Of a DNA stretch of 64,000 bases, positions 50,101-62,100 are shown piece after piece (the stretch's first letter is position 1; the number at the start of each line of letters is the position of its first letter). Position numbers and translations under genes: made by a program. Where the stretch lies: assembly GCF_964194155.1 (NCBI RefSeq), contig NC_135890.1:23188001-23252000 (forward strand). Reading direction: 5' to 3'. Source of the stretch: Cetorhinus maximus. Its lineage: Eukaryota. The notes under the pieces were generated by a model. It saw only the letters and a program-made list of their open reading frames with translations. It had not been told where the DNA came from and ran no database searches.

Positions 50101-53100
50101 TGAATGGGATGCAACTGAGGCTACTGAGGGTAGTAGGGGTGGAAATTGTGGAGGCTGTAGACACAATCTTCCAATCTACCTTGTAAGTGGGAATATTAAA
50201 GGAGTGTGAGAGTCCAAATATCAACAGCCCTGGTTTTAATGAAGGAGAGATGGATAAAACCCAGCAGCTGCTCACAAGTCAGCCTAACACTGGTGGTGGG
50301 AAAACTTTTTGAAACAATATTTCGGAGGCACAATTAATTGACGTTTAGAAAGGTATGGACTAATAAGTGAAAATCAGCAGAGATTTGTTAAGGGTTTATT
50401 AAGTTGGTTTGACTAACTTCATCAAGTTCTTTGGTGAAGTAATGTAGAAGGCTGATGTGCATAGTGCAGTTGATGTGTTTCTGGAATTTGAAAAGGTGTT
50501 TGATGAAGTTCCATGCAATAATTTGTTTGTTAGTAAAATTAGAGGCCATGGAATTAAAGGGACAGTGGCAGCATGGCTAAGGGACAGACAGCAGAGAGTA
50601 GTGGAGGATGGTTGTTTCTCAGACTGGGGGAAAGCTCTTAGTGGTATTCCCCAGGAGTCAATATTAGGAACATTGATCTTTTTGAAATATATTAATGACC
50701 TGGGCTTGGGTATAGAGCAACGTACACTCTGATTTTTTTTAGAGTGTGAGGAAATTTGTTTAAGTGCCCGACCCCTTTAATGTGCGGTAACTTAAAGGAG
50801 CCGACCTCTCCACAGGAAGTTTTGGTGCAGAATGTATGGTACATAATTTCAAAGTTTGCAAATGATACAAAATTCAGAAATGTTGTAACCAATTAGGTGG
50901 CTAGTTACAGACTTCATACGCAGAGGACATGGACAGACTAATGAATTGTCCAGGCACATGGTGATCAGACTCAAGTGATCACATTGGTAGGAAGAATGAG
51001 GAGAAACAATATGAACTAAATCAAACAATTTTAAAGGGGGTACAGGACCAGAAAGTCCGTGGATCAAACGTACACATATCTTAAGTTGAGATGGCTTTTT
51101 TATTAGAAAAAAGCAAGTAGGATCCTTGGTTTTATTAATAGAGGAATGGAGTACAAAAGCAAAGAAACTATGCAAAACCTTTACAAAACACTTGGCTAGG
51201 CCTCAGCTGGAGCATTGTGTTCAATTCCGGGCACCATCAGAAGGATGTCAAGGCTTTGGAAAGGGTGCAGAAATGATTTATTGAAATGGTACTAGGGATG
51301 AGGGACTTTAGCTATGTAACACACTGGTGTTATTCTTAGAACGAAAATTTGATAGCGATGATAGAAATCATGAAAGATTCAGTTAGAGTAAATAAGTTGA
51401 AAATTTGAGAATGTTTGCAGTGATAGAAGAGTCAGTAACTAGAGGAAATATTTGGCAAAAGAACAAGAGGAGAGATGAGGCGAATTTTTACTCAGCGATT
51501 TGTAATGACCTGGAATGCAATGCCCATGGAAGCAGATTTAATAGTAACATTCAGTGGGAAATTGGATAAATACTTGAAGAAAAAAGATTTACAGGACAAT
51601 GGTGAGAGGGCAGGGAAATGGGATTAATTAGATAATTCTACTAACGAGCCAGTGCATTCTGCTGAATGGCCTCCTGTGCTGTATCATTCTATGATTCTGT
51701 GATACGTTGTCCTATCAAATACTCCAAGGACAGGTTTAATACAGACTAAAGCTCCCATACATTGTCCCATCAAACACTTCAGGGGCAGCTACAGCATGGG
51801 TTGGATGCAAAGTAAAATCGCTTCAGCGCTGCACCATCAAGTACACTGCTGTCATTGATCAAGTTGGCTCTGAAGTGTTGGCACTGCACTAATGTTGGGG
51901 GAACTGGTTCTGGGAATGCTGAGGCCTAACTGTAATGGATTCTCCACATTACAACAGTGATGCTCTCCCCACCCCCGATTCAACTTAACACCAAAAGAGA
52001 AATGCCCCCATTCCACCCAATGTGTATGCAGATTAGCATTGTCCATGCTCCATCCATACCACGTTTTACCCATTGTGCTTAAAAACATACAGCAGTCATA
52101 GCCAAGAGCCCTTAACAATGTGGACAAAACACTGTTATTAGACCAGCACACAAGGGCTCTCTGCTTGATTGATCCAGGTCTGTGTTAAATTAGCTGATCT
52201 CATTTGGCCAGTAATCGAGGCTGTCGTTGACCTGAGTGCCCATGGTATAAAGAGGGGCAAGTCAACCCAAGACAGATGGTGTTGGACCTTGCGATGGAAC
52301 AGTTAGGGCACTGAGTAATTGCCCTTCACTCTCTGTTCAACAGTTGAACAGTTTCTAATGTATTTGTTAGGGAACCAAGGGCCAAACTCACAGTCATTGC
52401 CAAGAAATGTTCAGCCTCAATCAAAATCATGTCTGGATCAGGAATTTTCAGAAAGGCCAATTCTCCAGGCGATGCACAGCTGCTTGTTAGTGAGCTTTAA
52501 AGAAACACTCAGCTGAATTTTACACTGAATCTGAGCAACCTCAAATCTATTAATCAATTTTTTTCCCCCCTCCTCTTTCTAGCGTTCTTTCCCTTTCCAG
52601 TCCTTCTCTTTCTCTATTCTGCGCTTCCCCTCACGTTCTCCCTCCTCACTGCGCTGTCCCCCTCAGCACGCTCTCCTCCTCGGTGCACTCTCTCTCCCCT
52701 CCCCACTCCCCTGTCACTCATTCCTCTCCATCCACCCCCCCTACCCTCCCCCCAGAGCATTCAGTGCCTAGGCTTTATTCCCAGCCTATGCAGAGTTAGC
52801 TGATCTGAGGCGGATACCAAGCCACAGGCAGCCTGTTTTAGGGACTGCAGCCTGCCCGAAAGTAGTTGTCACCCCTTTTAAAACTGGAGATTTTGGAGAC
52901 TGGAGGAGAGTGAAGCGGTGATGGGTACTTCAATCCACACTTCCGTTTATAAACGGAGTCTTATGTCATGTGGTTTCTAGGGGTTCGAAATAATCACACT
53001 TTTAGATTCAAATGCTTGAGCTTCATCAAATGCATTTTTCAGATTGTACCACGTGCTGTGGACTAATCTATTGTTAGTTTGATAGAGAGACTGTTTTGAG

Positions 53101-56100
53101 CGATATAGCACTCTGGATACTTATGTTTGCATATGCATGAATATAGTTCCTTAATCATATTGGAATAATAAAGCAATATAATAAAGTCACACCTCCCTAT
53201 CTAATTCCCTTCATGATCCTATCTGTAAGGAGCCAGAGACTGACAAGATGAGGAAATGACCTTAAGTCAGTAAGACGGTTGCCATTGAAAGATATGATGT
53301 ATTTATTCCCTACCGTCTTTCCTTTGAACTTCTCAGAGGGCAGTGCAGATTGATGCTAATCATGTGTAGGTGGAGAGGACAACAAACCACCCAAATCCCC
53401 TTCCTGCACCACCCGCAGTCTCACACTGGAATTTCCTCTGAGACATGCCAGACTTTAGACCTGAATGTGCAAGTCAAGTTACATTGAAATTTTGTGCCAA
53501 TCCCATTAGAATGGGTATATATGAGCATAAACAGTCAGGGCCCAAGGAAACTCGCCTTTAGTATGAAAATTAAAGTTTCCACCCATTTATCCTTTCTCCA
53601 TGTACAAAGTAACACTGCATATTAAACAAGCTGCAATAGGGGGAGCATTACAATTTTCAATGTGACTTATAACTGAAGACAGAGCAGATTTTAGTGAGGG
53701 TCAATTAAAATATACTCTCAAAGCACTGCAATAAAAATTCAAAAAAGACTTTCCTGCTGAGCCTGAACATCTGGTGGTAATTTGGAGAGAGACTCGGAAC
53801 AAATGCAGGAAACTCGGGTGTGAGGCTCCATAACTTGAGGGCAGAGCAGCATGACGGGTGGAGAGTCAGTGGACTAAAGACAATGGATATTTGGGTGTGT
53901 TGCACTCACACAAGCAACACTGGAAATCTGCTAAACTGTGTAGTTGAGTTGCGCTTGGGTTTCTGGAGATTCCTGACCCTCTTGTCTGTTGAACTGTGCA
54001 GTCGAGTTGAGTTTGGGTTCCTGGGGCTTCCTGACCCTCTTGTCTGTTCGTTTTCTAACTGAGTTAGCGGAGTTCTGAGCCATTTAATCAGTCAGCAACT
54101 TGATGAAGCCAAGTAACTTCCTGCTCCCATCTATACAACTCACTGTCCCTCCTAACTTAGTGCCATCTGTGACTTGGATATCCAACTTTCCATTCCTTCT
54201 CTCAAGTCACCAATAAATATAGTGAAGAGTTAAGGAACCAGAACAGATACTTGGAGAACAACGCATGGCACGTCTCGCCAATCAAACAACTTTCCCTTTA
54301 TCCCTGCTCTTTATCTCCAAACTCCCAAGGAATTTCAAACCCATTCCACAAAGTGATGATGAACTCCAGGGACATCTATTTTTGTCAGTTATCTTTTCTG
54401 TTGAATCTTCTCAAATGCCCTCTGAAGTCCATAGTGACACCATCCACAGATACCCTCCTACCTACTTGTAGTGACCTGCTCAAAAAAATCAACTAAATTA
54501 GTCAGTCAATCTGTACACTTGACAAATCCACGCTGACTCTGGTCAGCTAGTACTTGTCCGAATGTTCAGTGACACTGTCCCTGATGATAGTTTCTAATAA
54601 CTCCATTGCCAGGATTAATCTCCTGTATCCTGCTGCAAACTACCTGGGATCAAAGTGCTTCACCTTTGCAGTTTGAGCTGTTCCACTTCTCCAAGGTCAG
54701 AGACTAACTCAAATGGCATTCGGGGAACTTATGAAACAATTCATTTTAGTTCATCGATTGTGCTCTTATTCATCCAACCACAGTTGGCTGCACAGTTGGT
54801 TATCAGGAAATCCTTGTGTGGAGAATAATGGGATGTCAATTCCTGCTCCATAATTCCAGCTCCAGGAAAAACACTTGAAGATTTTCCACAACTCTTCTCT
54901 TCTCCTGCCTCATGTGACACAGATTCAACCTCAGAACGAATGACCACTCTGCCCAGCTGGTCAAGCTGGGTCTGACCCTCATGTCAGAGGTCAGCAGGAA
55001 ATGGTACCGAATCACTGACCGGGGTTCTGTAATTGTGGGGTGGGGGCTGATAGGATGAATCTCCCATCTCTACTGTCTGTTGAGTTTTCTCATCTCAGCT
55101 GAGGGTCAACAAAGGTCCATTATTGGAGGGCAAACGAGTTGATAAATCACTGTCCAGACACTCCCAAAAAAAAAAAGCTGAGATATGAGAGGGAGCCTGG
55201 CCCCTTGGGCTGTACCCTGGTCAGAGTGTCGTTGGGAGGTGAAGAACATGGGGTGGCGGAGAACAAATAGACTGAAGATTTCTTCCCTGCCGCCCTGTCT
55301 GACAGCAGCTTGTATTTACTACAAACATCCGGTGCATTTTACGAGATTCTGGAGAGCCTGTTAGACTCCAGCTCTTGTGACAGGGCTACCGCTGAGAACT
55401 TTACAAGTTTTATTTGTATCTGGTCCCACCCTAAGCTCCCTGGGGAGTTGGGTGGGGAATGAAATTTCAGAGAGTCCGGGGAGGGGGTTGGGGTGTGGAG
55501 GGTGGAACTGGGAGAGTCTGGGAGCAATTGAAGGAGTGGGGGGCATTTGGGAATTTAGAACATCATTGAGAGCAGCTTGAGACACAGCGATTAAATCAAA
55601 GAGATTCAGCTGAATGGTGTCAGGAAGGGGGAGGTGGGGGAATGCAGACAGGAATGTTCTGGATGACTGGAATCTGTACACACTTACTCTTCAAGTGGTT
55701 TTTCATTCTAGCTTCGGAAAGAGCTAAAATCACAAGATAAATTGTTCTCATCAAATCACTCTGTTGCAGTTGGTGTTGCTCTCCCTCACCCGAACTCCCA
55801 TCCCACCCAAAACCCCAATCCCCATTCCCCCAAAACCCCAACCCGCATCCTACACTCCCCTCCCAAACCTCAATCCCCATCCTCCCCCCAAACCCCAACC
55901 TCCTTGTCCCCTAAACCCCATTTGCATCCTACTCCCCAAACCCCAATCCCCATCTTACACTATGCTGCCCCCTCCACAACCCCCAATCAACTCCCCCACC
56001 CCCTCCACATACCCCAATCTCCATGCTACACTTGGTGATGATGACATTAATGACACTATCTGATGGCCTTCAATTAATCACTTCAACTGATCTCCTATTG

Positions 56101-59100
56101 TTCTGACTATAACTGGGACCTGGATCTATTCCAAAACTCTCCAGAATGACCTCCTGCCTTCCACCCTCTGTGAACCTCAGCTCATCCGAAACTCTGCTAC
56201 CCCTATCTCCACTCCGCTATGTCCCGTTCACCTGTTGCCCCTGTGCTCGCAGGCCTACATTGGCTCCTTGTCTACCAAAGACTTGATTTTAAAATTGCCG
56301 TCCTTGTTTTTATTTCACTCCATGGCATTGCTGCTCTCTACTCTATAACCTCCTCCAATCCTACAACCCTCTTGAGATCTCTGCACTTTCTGCTCTGGAA
56401 TTTCCTCTCTAAACCTTTCTGCCTCTTTACTGCTGTATCCTCCAAGGTGCTCGTTAGAACCTGTTTCTTTGACCAAACTTTTGGTCACCTTCCTAATATC
56501 TCTTTCACTGTGAGTTATTCTTTGATAATGCTCTAATGAAGTGCCTTGGGATATTTGAGTTGGTTCAAGGCACTGTATAGAACATAAAAGTTGATGAAAG
56601 GTCATCAATTGGAAACATTCTCTCTCCACCAATGCTGCCTGACCTGCTGAGTTTGATGATGCTTTTATTCTGGAATCGGCCATATTTTTCTTCTATATAA
56701 ATGTAAGTTGTTGTTGTTGTTGTTGGAGCCCTTCTGTTCTGCAGCACTGACTCACTGGAACCTGGGAATACTTGGTCCTCTGGAAGCTCACCCAGATGCC
56801 CATCCTTCACGTGGTACCACTCAGCTGGGATGGTCTCCCAAGTTCTTCACACAGGGTATTATAATTTGAGGTGACCCAGGGTCACCGAGGCTAATTGGGG
56901 TGAACTAACTGGACATAGACTAGGATCCAAACCTGGCCCCTATGTGTGCAGTTACTCTCTGCTTTTTCCAAGTGAGTCTCTAAGGAGCTTGTTATTGCTG
57001 TTTTGGGACTGCTTGTAGGGTTTTTGTTGGCCTTGGTTGATTCTCTCTACCAGACTGTGACAATGTCCTGTGCTGTCTCTGGTCACTCCTGTCAATGTTT
57101 TTCCCTGTAGTGATTGACCTTCTGGAAGCCCTGAACATCACGAGATCTATAAAGGGAGTGAGCAGAAGTAAAGGTTTGGAGCCGGGGCTCCCAGCTTGGA
57201 AGTTCCGTAACCGTGTGCCACACCTCACCCTGCCACGGGATTATGCCATCTACTTCCTCACCTCCATGCAAGGGTCCATCGGCTTCCACTTTGTGGCAAA
57301 GCAGAGCAGGAACTCAGAGGGGACAGTGATCTCCTTCACCTCCCCCACCACCACCAAGAAGGACGGACGGCCACTTCTGCAACTCGTGTCCAGTACCAGA
57401 AGCAACCAGCTCCGATTGGATTACCGGACTGTCCACAACATGGAGCCAGCATCTATCATCTTCCCTGGAGGGACCCCTTTTGGCAACGGGCAATGGGGCA
57501 GAGTGGCCTTCAACCTGGAGGCTCAGAAGATAACGCTTTTCATCGACTGTGAGGAAGACATCATATTCGAGAAGAATATGGGCGATGATGTCATCAGTCT
57601 GATTCTCCCCATCGACTTGGAGATTCACTTCTCCAGTACTGTGGGAGACCGAGGCAGCAAGTTCACGGTAATGGCAGCACAAACTCACTCATGGGCTTTC
57701 CTCAACAGGGTATTAACCTATCTGTGTCATAGACACATTGGGCATTTATCATCTAGAAGTTCCTATGTCCACCTAGTTGACCTTGTACCATTCTGGTAGT
57801 CACACAATACACTGACAAACAAGTTGTTGACTAATCACAGCACTCAGTCTCTCTCAGTTAGTCTAAAACAGACCCAGACATGAGGTGAGGAAAACCCACG
57901 GTGGTGGAGCATGTGGTCAAAGTTTATGTTTCTCTCAAACACACTACAAGTACCACTCATCATGACTCATTCTTATTAAACTGGATTGCAAAATTCTGAA
58001 TGAAATCAGCCCAGTTTACATCTGACTGAATCAGCATTCAGTGTCCAGCCTAGTGATGTTTTACTGTTCCTTACTCCCTAATGTGGCACATTATTCCCTT
58101 AATGAGTGTGCAGGCGATCTTTCTCTCCACTGCTGTCCACTGATTGCTTTCTGGGGCAGTGAAGATGCTGAACCAATCCTGTGGGCTGACCTCCCATGGT
58201 ACTGATAACAGCACACGCTTACTCTCCCCAAATGTGTGAGGAATCTGCCCTGTGCAGGATTGAGCTACATATGCACACAGACACCAGGAAGATTCAGGTT
58301 CAAATACCACTTCGGCCACGGTACTGGGGACAACATCCCCATTCAGCGAGGAAACTGATGGCATAAATCAGTTAGATTCCATCTGCTGACTCTCTTTCCC
58401 CCCACTTTCCCTGAAGCTGCGAGCTCTCTTTTCCCCCACCTCCCCTGAAGCTGCGGGCTCTCTTTTCCCCCCACCTCCCCTGAAGCCGCAGGCTCTCTTT
58501 CCCCCCCCCCCCCCCCCCCACTCCCCTGAAGCCGCGGGCTCTCTTTCCCCCCTCCCCTGAAGCCACAGGCTCTCTTTCCCCCCCCACTCCCCTGAAACTG
58601 CGGGCTCTCTTTCCCCCCTCCCCTGAAGCTGCGGGCTCTCTTTCCCCCCTCCCCTGAAGCTGCGGGCTCTCTTTCCCCCCTCCCCTGAAGCCGCGGGCTC
58701 TCTTTCCCCCCTCCCCTGAAGCCGCGGGCTCTCTTTCCCCCCTCCCCTGAAGCTGCGGGCTCTCTTTCCCCCCTCCCCTGAAGCTGCGGGCTCTCTTTCC
58801 CCCCCTCCCCTGAAGCTGCGGGCTCTCTTTCCCCCCTCCCCTGAAGCTGCGGGCTCTCTTTCCCCCCTCCCCTGAAGCTGCGGGCTCTCTTTCCCCCCTC
58901 CCCTGAAACTGCGGGCTCTCTTTCCCCCCTCCCCTGAAGCTGCGGGCTCTCTTTCCCCCCTCCCCTGAAGCTGCGGGCTCTCTTTCCCCCCTCCCCTGAA
59001 GCTGCGGGCTCTCTTTCCCCCCTCCCCTGAAGCTGCGGGCTCTCTTTCCCCCCTCCCCTGAAGCTGCGGGCTCTCTTTCCCCCCTCCCCTGAAGCTGCGG

Positions 59101-62100
59101 GCTCTCTTTCCCCCCTCCCCTGAAGCTGCGGGCTCTCTTTCCCCCCCCTCCCCTGAAGCTGCGGGCTCTCTTTCCCCCCTCCCCTGAAGCTGCGGGCTCT
59201 CTTTCCCCCCTCCCCTGAAGCTGCGGGCTCTCTTTCCCCCCTCCCCTGAAGCTGCGGGCTCTCTTTCCCCCCCCTCCCCTGAAGCCGCGGGCTCTCTTTC
59301 CCCCCTCCCCTGAAGCTGCGGGCTCTCTTTCCCCCCTCCCCTGAAGCTGCGGGCTCTCTTTCCCCCCCCACTCCCCTGAAGCTGCGGGCTCTCTTTCCCC
59401 CCCCTCCCCTGAAGCTGCGGGCTCTCTTTCCCCCCCCTCCCCTGAAGCTGCGGGCTCTCTTTCCCCCCTCCCCTGAAGCTGCGGGCTCTCTTTCCCCCCT
59501 TTCCCTGAAGCCGCGGGCTCTCTTTCCCCCCTCCCCTGAAGCTGCGGGTTCCCCCAGCCCCCGACCCGCCAAAGTTGCTGGCTCTCTCCCATGTTGCCCT
59601 ATCTCCACTAGTATTGATGGCTTTTAGGGCCCAGGTTCCACAGGCACTTCTCACCCTGGTGCTTGCAGTCATATCTTATGAAGTGAATATCATTGGCCTA
59701 TCGATTGAGAGAGAATCAGAGCTGTGCGTGATCACATGGCACCCGATGTTCTGCATACGTTTCTCAGTGGATGTCCCTGGGCAGTAGTCAGGGCAGAATC
59801 CTACCTCTTTTTTTCCCTCACCATGGGGACAGTCCTGGGGCTTCTCACTACTCCCAGCACAGTGCACAGATCAAATTGCGTCCTTCCTGTTCCACGTGTC
59901 TGTGTCAGGGGCTCACCAAGTCATTAATATCTGTAATTATAGATTGACCGTCATTGGGTGTGTCCTTGTCTTCCTGTATTGAAATAGTAGACAGAGGAGT
60001 GTCTATGGATGCAGTTTATTGGGACTTTCGGATTCAATAAGGTTCCACTGTTAGCTAAAATGATGAAGTGACTCGTGATTTCCCACAAGGATCTAGTCAC
60101 TATGACTCAGTTCACACAATTGTCAGCCATCCAGCCAATCTCACCAGTAACACAAGAATTGATAGCATTGTTAGTACTGTGGACGGGTGCATAAAATTAC
60201 AAAGAAACATCAATGGATTAAGTAAGTAAGCAAAACTGTAGCAGATGTATTTCAAAGTTGGTCAGTGTAAGGTCAGTGCATTTTGCACCAAAGGATAGAC
60301 CTGAGTAATTCTCATATTGAAAAGCTAGGAGCAGTACCGGTGCAGAGAGATAAAGAGATTTAGAGATTCATGTACACGGGTCACTAAAATGTCACAGTCA
60401 GCTGCACAAAATAAATGAAAAGGCTAATGGAATGTCAGCCTTTATAACCAGTGGGCTAGAATATATAGGAGAGGAAACTTTGCTACAATTTTTCAAAGTC
60501 CAGGTTAGACCACATTGGGAGTACTGTTTATAGTTCAGGACACCACAGTTTAGACAGGACATATTGACCTTGGAAGGAATGCAGCATAGATTCGTCAGAA
60601 TATTACCAGGGCATCTAGGGTTAGATTACCAGGATAGTTTACATAAACTAGTCTTAGTTTCTCTGGAATATCAAAGGGTGATTTAATTGAGGTTTTTAGG
60701 ATTTTGAAAGAAATTGATCAGGTAAATGGAAGAAGAGTTTTTCCACTGGTTAAGAGTCTCAGACAAGGGGACATAACCTTAACTTAAAATCAGAGCCAAG
60801 CTATCCCAAGAGAAGTTAGAGATCATTTCTTTAGGCAAAGGGTGGTAGATGAGTGGAACTCTGTCCCAGAAAACGCAGTCAATGCTAACTCAATAAAGCA
60901 TTTGAATTCTAACTCTCACTTCAATCCAGGATTACTGCCAGACTAAGAATCTCTTTTCACTTTAGGGTTACTGGCAGACAGCAGAAATCTCCCCCAGTGG
61001 ATTCCTTCGCCGCCCATGGCATTGTGACAATCTACCAGGTGAGGAGAAGACTGTTTGTCCCTTACACACATGTGGCTCAGGTGCTGGGGTACAGTGGGTC
61101 ATATGGAAAGAGAAGGACGGGGTGAAAGCATGTGATGCGAGGAGGGGGAGCGCGTGCGGGAGGAGGGGAAGGGGAGAGCGTGCGCGGGAGGAGGGGAGGG
61201 GGAGAGCGTGCGCAGGAGGAAGGGAGGGGGAGAGCGTGCACAGGAGGAAGGGAGGGGGAGAGCGCGCGCGGGAGGAGGGGAGGGGGAGAGCGCACGCGGG
61301 AGGAAGGGAGGGGGAGAGCGCGCACGGGAGGAGGGGAGGGGGAGAGCGCGCGCGGGAGGAGGGGAGGGGGAGAGCGCGCGCGGGAGGAGGGGAGGGGGAG
61401 AGCGCGTGCGGGAGGAGATCTGCAGTCTGGAACTCGCAATTACAATAAACACACCACAGAATGATAAATGTTCTGTGATCAGAGTTCGGCTGTCTTAGAC
61501 TTTTTTATTCTTTCATGGTTTATGGACATCCCTGGCAAGGCCAGCATTTGTTGCCCATCCATAATTGCCCTTGAACTGAGTGGTTTGCCACACCGTTTCA
61601 GAGGGCAGTTAAGAGTCAACCACATTGCTCTAGGTCTGAGTCACATGTGAGCCAGATCAAGTAAGGATGGTAGATTTCCTTAAGGGACATTAGTGAACGA
61701 GGTGGGTTTTACAATAATCGACAATAGTTTCATGGTCACCATTACTGGGGCTAGCTTTTCAATTCCAGATTTTATTAATTGAATTTAAATTCCACCAGAT
61801 GCCATGGTGGGGGTCTGAACCGTTGTTCCCAGAACATTAGCCTGGGCCTCTGATTACAAATCCATTGACATTACCACTATACCACATCTACCCCAAGGCA
61901 GACATTATAAAATATTATAGGAATTGGTGTGAGTTATGAAATTCTCTACTCGATTAAGGGCCATATGCAGCCTGTTACAAGAGACACAGCTGGACCTAGA
62001 ACACTGAATCTAACATGGTGTGACCTAAACCCTCCTTTCATTGGGGCTTTGGGTGTGGGCAATGGAAAATATGCTTTCTCCAATTTTTACTTGCATTCAA

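Noticed and set aside
58343-59672. Three 400-aa minus-strand ORFs
   Set aside because: All frames are open because the 31-bp unit has no stop on that strand; artefact.
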